Origin: Epithemia pelagica
Taxonomy: Eukaryota > Protista > Bacillariophyta
Direction of reading: 5' to 3'
Length of the DNA stretch: 64,000 nt
Assembly: GCA_946965045.2 (NCBI GenBank)
Contig: OX337241.1
Span: 930,001-994,000, forward strand
The notes beneath the pieces are model-generated. The model was not told the DNA's origin and did no database searches. It was given only the letters and a program-made list of their open reading frames with translations. Made by a program: the position numbers and the translations under genes. This document shows positions 54,688-64,000 of the stretch, one piece after another. Numbering within the stretch: the first letter of the stretch is position 1; every line of letters begins with the position of its first letter.

Positions 54688-55293
54688 ATTACTGACGACT
54701 TTTCCAAACAAAAGAGAAAAAAAAAGAAGAGCTTTCCGAGAGACAAGCGAGGCAGGAACAACAAGAGACGTGTGATCTTTTTTGTGATGACCTTGAAGAG
54801 AGAGAGAGAGAATGACAGAATGACCGCTTCCATCCGAACCGAGCCGAAATTGGTTGGGTCTTTTCTGGAGAGAAACTCCCCCCAAACTTTAGTCTGTCCG
54901 CCGTGACCCCATTCTGCTTCCGGATAATCAGTCGCGATTATAACTCTTTATGTGCGACCCATAGCGAACCCGCGCAACGTGGCAGGGAACCACCACGGAT
55001 GCAACTTTTTTTGTTGTGTTGGCGTTGTCGGGCCTTCTCATTCTTGTTGGTGTCGTTGTTGTCGTCTTTGTTGTTGTTGTTGTTTCTGTGCTGGTCGAAC
55101 CACACAAGATCTCAACACTCGCAGTCTCGTTCCAGCGAGAACCAACTGACAACACCACACCACAACACTTTTGGCTTCTGGTGCAGTTTTACGACCGCGT
55201 CGTTCTTCTGGAACCACATTCACGCAGCGATCCATTGAACTCTGTTTCGTACACACAACACAACCACAAGAACAACAAACGTTCCCGGCCACC

Positions 55294-58165
55294 ATGAAGA
55301 ATCGAATGTTCTGGGCCGTATCCGTGTCGCTGGCCACCACCATGGCGAGTGCCTTTACCCTGCCACCGTCGTCGTCGTTTGCGATCAGCCGCACTCACTT
55401 GGCCGCATCGACACTGGACAAGCAGACCAAGGATTCCACAACCACCACCGACACGGAACCGAGCAATTCCCAAGACAAGAACAACAACAACAATAACAAT
55501 AAGGTGTTTGCCTCGACGCAAACGCAATCCTTTGGCGATCGGGCGGCCAATTCGGGCTTGGCCTCGGTGGCCGCCATGGCAACGGCGGCCGTCAATGCCG
55601 CCGTCTCCATGAAGCCATTGGAAGCGCCCGACGTGGAAAAATCCTACGTGGCCATGGATCGGTCGTCGACCGTCTTGGACGACGACGGCTTACCCTTGGT
55701 CTACGACAAGGATTTGATTGAGGCCTATTGGAGCAAGGAACGGGGGGCACTCAATCAACGATGGGGTGTCTTTGTCGGCAAGGCCGTGCCCTTTTTGACC
55801 AAACTCACGACCCTCTTTATCCGGGATGGGACCATTGCCGAAACCGAAATTCCCGCTCTCAGTCGACAGGCCCGCATTGACTTGCAAGAATTGGGACCAA
55901 CTTTTATCAAGGCGGGTCAAATGATGAGTGTCCGACCCGATGTCTTGCCACCCTCCACCTTGGAGGAATTGTCCCAATTGCAAGATTCCGTCGTGCCCTT
56001 TGACACCTCCGTGGCCGTGGAAGCGATTGAAGGCGAATTGGGCGGTCCCCTTGGACAATTTTTTACCAGCATTTCCGAAACGCCCGTGGCGGCCGCCAGT
56101 TTGGCCCAAGTCTACAAGGCCACCTTGAACGATGGCAAGGACACGCCCGTGGCGGTCAAGGTCCAACGACCCGACGTGTTGGCGACGGTCAGCAAGGACT
56201 TGTACGTCTTGCGTCGGGCGGCTGAAGTCTTTCAAGGTCTCTTTGATCGCTTTGCCCCGCAACAACGCATCAATTATGTCGCCTTGTTGAATGAATGGGC
56301 CATTGGCTTTTACACCGAACTCGATTTTGTCAATGAAGCCGCCAGTCAAACCCGGTTGCGATCCCTCTTGCTCGAAAAAAATGTCACGGGCGTCCTGGTG
56401 CCCCGCATCTACCACGACTTGTGTACCCGACGACTCATGGTGAGTGAATGGGTCGAGGGACAAAAACTCAGTTCCGCCTCGCCCCAAGAAATTCAACAAG
56501 TCACACCACTGGCCCAAGAAGCCTTTTTGACCCAATTGTTTGATGTCGGCTTTTTTCATGCCGATCCGCATCCCGGTACGTACTAGTCGTCGTGGACGTT
56601 GTTGTTGTTTGTGGTGATGGGTTGGAGTTGGAGTTGAGGTCGTGGATCATGTTGCTGGCGCGGCGTACTGACTTGTTGTACCGTTTTCTCTTGTTCCTTG
56701 TTGTGTTTCGCACGGGTCGTGCGCCGAATGAACAGGAAACATTTTGCTCTTGGATAAACCGACGGAAACGGGAGCCCGATTGGCCCTCATTGATTGTGGT
56801 CTCATGGCCAGCATTGATGAGACGGATCGCGACAATATGATCTCGGCCGTCATTCATTTGGCCAACAAGGACTATGCCTCCTTGGTGGATGACTTTATGA
56901 AGCTCAAAATTCTGCCCGCCGACGCCAATCGTGCCACGGTCATTCCTCTCATGGACAAGGCCTTGTCCCCCTATGTCAAGGGGGGAGGAGCCAAGACGTA
57001 CGAACAAGAACTCAAAAAGATTTATGGCATGGAGGAGGGATCCATGCAAAGTCAAGTGGGAGGCTTTCAAGCCATGACGCAAGATGCCCTCACGGTGTTG
57101 AACGATATTCCCTTTTCCATTCCGCCCTACTTTGCCATTTTGGGTCGAGCCATTGTCACATTGGAGGGAGTGGCCCTCACGGGAGATCCGGGCTATGGGA
57201 TCATTATGGAAAGTTACCCCTTTATTGCTCGAAAGCTATTGCGCGAGGGACGTCCGGAAATTCAAAAGGCTCTTCAGGAGGTCTTGTATTCCGGAGGAGG
57301 CGATGGAGAAGAAAGTAGTGGCATTAAACTCACTCGGTTGCTCGCCTTACTCAACAATGCCGCGGGGTCCGTGTCCACCCAAGAAGGGGCAGCCTTTGTC
57401 GATTTGGATGCCGTGCCGGAAGATGGTCTGAGCCTCGAACAGGGCATTCAGTTTCTCTTGTCGGACGACGCGGGATCTCTCAGAGACTTGTTGGAAGAGG
57501 AAGTGGACAATGCCGTGGATGTCATGACCCGTCAAATCTTGCGTCGCGCCTTGGAGGAAGCCTTGGTGACCTTGACGCCACCCCGACCACCGGCGCTCCC
57601 GTTTGTCGGAGATATTTTGCCGCCACCACCCAAATTGGATGAGATTCCTCTCGTGTTGGCCCTCCCGTCCCTGCAACAACAACCACCCGATGCTTTGTCG
57701 AGCAGTGGCCTAAATCTTCGTCCGTCCTTGGCGTTTCTTTCGCTGCGGGAATTGGTTGACACGGTGGCGCCCAAACTGGATCAGGACGAGGAATTGTTTG
57801 CCATTAGTCTCGCCAAGGGGGCCGAAGAATTTGTCGGCAAGGAGTTTGCCGATTTGATTCGAGGGGATAATGTCCTGAGTCCCCAGTTTGTCCAACTCGT
57901 GTTGAATGCGCTTCGATCGGGAGCCTTGGGACAAACAAATGTCCTGAGTTCCGATGCGGTCCAGTCAGTCTTGTCCTTGGCCCAAACGGCCTTGCAACCC
58001 TTTCAATCGTCTTCGGCCGCCGCTGGCGGCAATGTCTTTGACACGACCCTGTCGACCTTGTCCACGGAAGAACGACAACGGTTGGATTCCATACTAAGCG
58101 ACATCGCCCAACGGGCCATTCAGCGGTCCGTCGAACGGCTTTCCGGTATCCAACGAATGGCCTAG
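55294..58165 (+). CDS. ABC1K: Plastid ABC1/UbiB-family atypical kinase
   Basis: Signal peptide plus ASAF motif, LGPTFIKAGQ, AAASLAQVY, VAVKVQRP, HADPHPGN (across intron 56576-56735), IDCGL. Confidence 0.93.
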
Positions 58166-58519
58166 AAGTAGACGAAGGATGCTCTTCTTGTATAATTACA
58201 TGTTGAATAGCTACATACAAAACGTCTTTTCGAAAGAATGTAGGATTTGAGTTCATTCCATGGCCACAAAGCAAGCTTTCGTCTAGCCATTGGAAACACC
58301 CGTCACCGACACATTGAAATCTCCCCCCTCTGGATCATGAATCTCATGAAGTTCATCCTGATCCGTCACATGGTCCTGTGGTCTTCAGGACGAGCTATTT
58401 TGATCCTTTGCCATTTCTCACCACTACGCTATATGGTGAATTCTGTCGAACAAAACTTTGCAGCACAGCCGGACTTCATCGTATCCAGTTTTCGGCACCG
58501 GCTATATTTTTGTGTCTAG

Positions 58520-58588
58520 AGAATGCGTCCAGCTAATGCGAAGGTTGTAAATCGTATTAAATTGGTTACCTATTGTGTGCATTGAGAA
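58520..58588. repeat. 69 bp dispersed repeat, also at 60668-60736
   Basis: 7 mismatches in 69 bp by manual alignment. Confidence 0.85.
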
Positions 58589-59527
58589 ATGCATGCAGGC
58601 CGACCGTAACCAACACCATTTATATCATGAGCATAACCATTTGCTTGCGCAGTCCGTGCGACAGCATCATCCAATTCTCTCTGAATGGGTGACACAAAGG
58701 CCTGGTGGAAATCCTGAAATAGAAACGGAGGAAGGTGATCTACATGATGTCCATGTCGGATTTCCAGTGGCAGTGTGTGTGTTTGGAACGGAACCAATGC
58801 GACACACAAGAATTGATCGTGCTCCAACATGCCTTTTTGGGTTGAATATGGCAAGTTTGCAATCCTTGGTACGGCAGTCGTTGAACCATGTCTTTTGCAA
58901 CAATGTCATCCAGGCACGAATTTTTCACCGCTGAAACACATGGCAGCAACAACAACCATACAACAATCCGACGAGTCACGCAGGTTGAAAGGATGCATGA
59001 TCGTGTCGCGCGCAACGGCGCTTTGCTGTCGTCGGACTTGCACGGTTTCGTGGCCACTGTGCCTCTTTTGCCATCTAATGTGCTAATGATCATCAGACAA
59101 ACAAATCATGATGTATGCCATCTTCCATCGCATAAGGTACAACAGGTTGTGCTCATACACATCATCATGACAAACAATGACGCGTGGCATCATCATCACT
59201 TCCGCATCGACAATGAATTGTTGGTCCCGGATTGAACTGAGTCACTTGTATGGCGGAGGTGAGCGATCGCGGAACATGAATTACTCTAGCCAGAACAGTA
59301 CACCAGAGTCGGACTGATTCAGTCGCGGAGTTCGCATGCGGAACCACCTTACTCACAGACGCAGAGGTCTTTTGCCGACTCATCCAAATTGCAAATTGCA
59401 AATTACAACACCCACCCACCGACACCGAGGTTGTTTCAACACGTCTCATAAAATCACAAAAAGTAAAGGAAAGCCAACAGCCAACACCCCTGCGCTAGAA
59501 AACATCCAAGAACTCTTGACAGACAAG

Positions 59528-60073
59528 ATGATGAACAAATCTCTTCTCCTTGCACTCTTCCTCCTTGCCTCCAACACACTGGCGTTTGTGGCACCTGGAG
59601 TTCCACAGCAGCAGGTCCGACCAGTCGAAACCAGTCTCAATGCCTATGTCCCCCAGGGTCTGACCGCCGAGCAATACTCCAGCATCAAGAAGCAAGACCA
59701 AAAACGTGTCGGAAAGGATCTTGGTAGACTCGGACCTAGAGGGTTCAAGTCTCGAAGTATGCAAGCATGGCAAGAAGCCTATGAAAAGGGGGAAACGGGT
59801 CACGCCTTTGCCCCGTTTGGATATCGGGAACAACTCAAACAGGGCAAACTCAAACGCGAACAAGTCCCCTACATGGTTCGAGGTGGACATTGGGATAACT
59901 CGGATGTGTTTGGGGCGTTGCGTCTGAAATGGAACAAGACAGATAAGGACTATGCCAAGGGAGGGTACAAGAAGGAGCAGTCCAAGTCTCTATTGGGATC
60001 TGGTCCAGGTATTAACTGGACAGGAGAGAGGCGGCAGGAGGACCGGAAGCGTATAATGCCGGGCTTTAGTTAG
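59528..60073 (+). CDS. Probable plastid-targeted protein of unknown function
   Basis: Signal peptide ending TLAF, transit-like region, then YVPQGLTAEQY...LGPRGFKSRSMQAWQEA. Confidence 0.75.
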   Translation: MMNKSLLLALFLLASNTLAFVAPGVPQQQVRPVETSLNAYVPQGLTAEQYSSIKKQDQKRVGKDLGRLGPRGFKSRSMQAWQEAYEKGETGHAFAPFGYREQLKQGKLKREQVPYMVRGGHWDNSDVFGALRLKWNKTDKDYAKGGYKKEQSKSLLGSGPGINWTGERRQEDRKRIMPGFS

Positions 60074-60758
60074 AACTGGATGTAACCAATGTGACAAACA
60101 CGAGGGTGCCAAATCCTTGATTTCGAAGAATTGAGAAGATTCAATTCCATGATAGAGAACCATAGTAATAATGTATAGAGATGTGATGCTTGTTTGAACA
60201 CGAGAAAAATGTAGGATTCCTAACTTTCAACTGGAAACAGAGAGTGCCAGTACCTTGTAGATCGATTGACAGCAGGTCATTGTCCACATTTTACCAAAGG
60301 CATGTCCTGTCTATAGATCACCGTTGAATTTTTTCTTTCAGGGACCAGCTGGTCGATATACAATACAAGCAGAATGAGCATGTCGTTCGGATTTCGATGA
60401 AAAGATTTAGCTCCCATACCAATACCGCGCCATGCATTCAACTCCTGGCGGTTTCGTCAACAAAATTCGGGTACCGCAAAGGAGGACGAATGGTCCCGTG
60501 GTCGTCAGGAAAGAGCTCTTTTGACTTTGTCACTACGCTGTTTGGTAAATTCTGTGGATCAAAACTGTTAAAGGGGACTGATACAACTTCTATCATGCAA
60601 CATAGACGACTTCATCATATCAAAAGCATACAAAATTTTGCCACAGGATATACTTTTGTGTCCCTATAGAATGCGTCCAACTAGTGCGAATGTTCTATAT
60701 CGTATTAAATTGGTTACCTGATGTGTGCATTGAGAATTTCGCTACTCTTCTTCAGAGT

Positions 60759-61520
60759 CTACTGTTGTAGCTGTCGATTGAGGATTCCAGTTCGAAAGGC
60801 CTTTTGGAGATCGCTATTTCCACCAATGTGTTTTCCGTTGACAAATATATTCGGCACCGTCGTCTGCCCTGTCATGCGATACAGTTCATGTTGCAAGGCT
60901 TCTTCATTTGGTAAGGTATCGATATCATGAACGGCCACATCGACATTTCTGAGCTGTGGAGCATTCTCAAACAATGCTTTTGAAGCACCACAATGCGGGC
61001 ACCATGATTTAGCCCACACGACGACTTGATGGGTCTTGTTTTCGTTCTCAATCAATGATCGCAAAGCGTTTCTTCCCTCCTTGTTCTTGTTGTTTTCGTC
61101 GCTTTTAGTGTCTGACACATGTGGTTCCCGGAGCAGCTTGAAGAGTTCGCCACTGCGGTATGCTGCTTGTACCTTATCGTTGCCACCGACGTGTTGGTTG
61201 TTCACAAACACATTTGGAACCGTTCTCTGACCCGTCAGCTGCTGCAGAACGCGTTGAATTGCTGCCCCGTCCTTTTCAATGTCAAGCTCATGGACCTTGA
61301 CTTGCACATCATTTCCCATTGATTCAAACAGTTGTTTTGTTTGTCGACAATAGGGACAATATGATTTAGACCATACAACAACTTGATTGCTGCTGTTTTC
61401 GGATTGAATGAACTCAAGAAGGTTGGTGTTGTTGCTGCTTGTCATGATTGTTGTCGTTTGTTTAGGTGTAGTTGTGTTGTTGTTGAATTTCAACGATTTT
61501 GTTTTTGTGAGAGGAACCAT
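60759..61520 (-). CDS. GRX: Double-domain dithiol glutaredoxin
   Basis: Two units: SKSYCPYC..TVPNVF..GGND and AKSWCPHC..TVPNIF..GGNS. Confidence 0.93.
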   Translation of the reverse strand: MVPLTKTKSLKFNNNTTTPKQTTTIMTSSNNTNLLEFIQSENSSNQVVVWSKSYCPYCRQTKQLFESMGNDVQVKVHELDIEKDGAAIQRVLQQLTGQRTVPNVFVNNQHVGGNDKVQAAYRSGELFKLLREPHVSDTKSDENNKNKEGRNALRSLIENENKTHQVVVWAKSWCPHCGASKALFENAPQLRNVDVAVHDIDTLPNEEALQHELYRMTGQTTVPNIFVNGKHIGGNSDLQKAFRTGILNRQLQQ

Positions 61521-61891
61521 CTCCGTGTATTCGTAGTGCGTTCTCTGCGCAAGCGCTTTTTAAAGACTGTTCGAGATGCTTCCAATTCCCGAGCGGTTTT
61601 GACTGAAACTTCTCACGCTTAGAAAAGGCCCACTGCTCGAGCGAAGATGAAGTTTCTCCGTTCCTGAATCTCGGACTTGTAAGAGAACATGCGCGCATTT
61701 GATCATGGGATGGATTTGGTCTTGAAATTACGCTTACATAGCAAACAGTCTAACTAAGTAATCGTGGTCCCACAAAAAATCCGACCGTTGAGTTTGTGTC
61801 TGCGTCCGTCGTTTGCATCCCTTCACAATTTTTGCACGATACATTCGCACAGAGACGATGAACCCCTTTTGGTGTTGAGAGTTGGACGATC

Positions 61892-63025
61892 ATGAAGAAG
61901 ACGATACAACGCCGAGTCGAACTTCGTGTGATCCTGATCATTGTGCTGGGACTCATGACATGGACCGTTCACTTTCAAGTAAATTTAGAGGAACGGATCG
62001 TCATGGAAGATGTCGTTCAAGCTGTTGTCTCTTCGTCTCCCTCCGTGCTGGAAACTGACCATGACAGCATAGAACCACAACAAGTGATAGCAACAGTGCA
62101 ACCACGACCCTCTCGGATTCTAATGGGGGTATTCACCACCATTCAGGATCCACTCCTTTATCGAAAGAATTATCGCCATCTCGCCACCTTGTCGCACGGT
62201 GTCATGTGCAGTCTAAACGCCTTTCTCCTCGATTCCGAATCCACCGCTGCATGTCGTATTATTTATACGTTTGTGGTGGCTGGACGAGATGAGGGTCCCA
62301 CAAAATATCTGGAACGAAACAAAGACGTTGCCCTTCCTCGTCCGACATTCAAGATACCGGCGAAACTTTCCGACTGGAACACGGCCCAGGATTTCACCGT
62401 GTTAAATATCGTGGAGAACATGGAAGATGGAAAGTCCGAAACCTGGCTCAATTTTGCTTCTCAAGTGGTGGAAGAAACAGAAGGAATCGACTACATTGCC
62501 AAGACCGATGGAGACACGTTGCTGCATGTGGACAAGTTTGTCCAATACCTTGACGCCTTCTTGCCTCCCTCCCCCTACAACTCCCACGTGATGATGGGGA
62601 AAGCTGCCGTACGACACCTTTGGGAGCACAAGCAAAAGCGAAAAGCCATGTCGTTAATGAAACACCATTATGACCGCGGTTCAGGATATGGACATTTGCA
62701 ACTGTACTTTCAAGGGCAGTTTTATGGCATGAGTCCCAATGTGGCAAACGAAATTGTCCAAGAGGCCAAACTCGATCGAGTTCAACAGTACAAGCAGGGC
62801 TATGAGGATTCCGATATTAGTGCCATGGCGAACAATTTACCCCACAGTCTCAAGTTTCTCTTTATCAAGCCCCCGGACATGTTTTGGCGACATCCCGTCA
62901 AGTTCACCCAAGAGGGAAAGACGGAATTTTTTGTGGCTTGGAGGGAAGAATTTCGCCGCCTGGCATTGTCGACCGCAACTTGGAACACCACTACCACAAC
63001 AACAACAACAACAATGTTTCGGTAA
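61892..63025 (+). CDS. Type II membrane glycosyltransferase, GT31 (galactosyltransferase)-like
   Basis: N-terminal TM, YIAKTDGDT (DxD), YFQGQFYGMS, EDSDI. Confidence 0.75.
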   Translation: MKKTIQRRVELRVILIIVLGLMTWTVHFQVNLEERIVMEDVVQAVVSSSPSVLETDHDSIEPQQVIATVQPRPSRILMGVFTTIQDPLLYRKNYRHLATLSHGVMCSLNAFLLDSESTAACRIIYTFVVAGRDEGPTKYLERNKDVALPRPTFKIPAKLSDWNTAQDFTVLNIVENMEDGKSETWLNFASQVVEETEGIDYIAKTDGDTLLHVDKFVQYLDAFLPPSPYNSHVMMGKAAVRHLWEHKQKRKAMSLMKHHYDRGSGYGHLQLYFQGQFYGMSPNVANEIVQEAKLDRVQQYKQGYEDSDISAMANNLPHSLKFLFIKPPDMFWRHPVKFTQEGKTEFFVAWREEFRRLALSTATWNTTTTTTTTTMFR

Positions 63026-64000
63026 ACAGACTCTAAAGAGTTGCCAGGCTTTCTTGCTGTGGGGACTACGCCTTTGGAGAAAAGGCGACACTGTGCTTGG
63101 TAACGAGAGCTCACTGCAATTACAATGTATGGGAGTCCTCCGAAACCGAATGAGGAATGGAATAAAGAACCAGAGAGACTGAATTTTCGCCGCCGTGCAT
63201 TCACCGCAGCTTGGAACTTGAGCATGTTGGTACAATACTAATATGCTCCAATCGTGGTGTGATTGTGAACGACTCATTTGGAGGAGGAAAAGAAGGGACA
63301 GTATGATTGGAAATGGAGTTGCACATGCAAACTCACGCACATTTTGGTGGACTGGAGTTGTTGAAGTGACTCGTGTGGTGGTTCTAGGAAAGCCATTGTG
63401 TGGTCAATCGATTGAAACATCAAACGCCAAACATGGAACGTGTGTCATTCTTATTTGCTCTACCAAGATTGGTTGGAGGTCCCTCGAATTAATTATCTGT
63501 GGTGTTGTCATAAAACTAGAGGACTGACGATACTCGAATAGCCGAAATGACAATGCACAACAAGGAACCACAGAAAATACTAGAAAGGTCAAAACTCCAA
63601 CTTGTACTTTCTAACGAAGCATGGCATCGAACATATGTTGGATCTGTCCTACTTTTCCACTCCTTTCAGGTGAGTGTGCCTACAGGTCACGGAATCGGGT
63701 TTGCCGCATCGTCTTGCGGTTGTCATTCAGGACAATGATTGTGGACACGCGGTGTACGAGACACCAGGGGGGTGGATGGAACTGGAGGATGGTGATTGTG
63801 TGTATGAGAGAAGTTCGGTCAAAGAGAATGAGAAAGAGGCCTGTTTGCTGATGGTGTAACGATGTTGAGAAAGAGGCATTTTTCCATCGCGCATTGTTTT
63901 TGTGAATCGCAGATGGATGGATTTTGAGAGGGTGGTTGGAGTGTCGTCCGCGCGCGCGACGACCACGTTGGATGATCTATCGTGCGGGACACACATGTAT

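Noticed and set aside
63100-64000. Short ORFs at the right edge
   Set aside because: No coherent gene model or motif could be supported.

Overview
Eukaryotic genomic window, most likely from a pennate diatom. The evidence is short GT-AG introns, ASAF-type bipartite plastid presequences and diatom-type retroelements. Ordinary genes are a DEAD-box helicase, cyclophilin, purple acid phosphatase, tRNA-dihydrouridine synthase, ABC1 kinase, tandem glutaredoxin, a GT31-like glycosyltransferase, a DMT/CRT-like transporter and several unknown membrane proteins. They surround a mobile, rearranged block at about 8.8-39.4 kb. That block holds: a 1.7 kb near-identical duplication encoding a PLD/Nuc-like nuclease, with one copy fused in frame to the 5' half of a mitochondrial Hsp10 gene; a PIF/Harbinger-group transposon whose accessory ORF ends in an alpha-crystallin-like domain; a 592 bp MITE; and a three-level nest. 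The nest is a Mutator-like MITE inside an Ngaro-type tyrosine-recombinase retrotransposon inside an Ambal-like non-LTR retrotransposon with an 18 bp TSD. The window starts in a Copia (CoDi-like) element whose primer-binding site is complementary to its own LTR rather than to a tRNA 3' end, suggesting Tf1-like self-priming. The Ngaro gag and pol frames are separated by one in-frame UGA-CGG, suggesting programmed readthrough. All domain calls are from manual motif reading; no database search was run.
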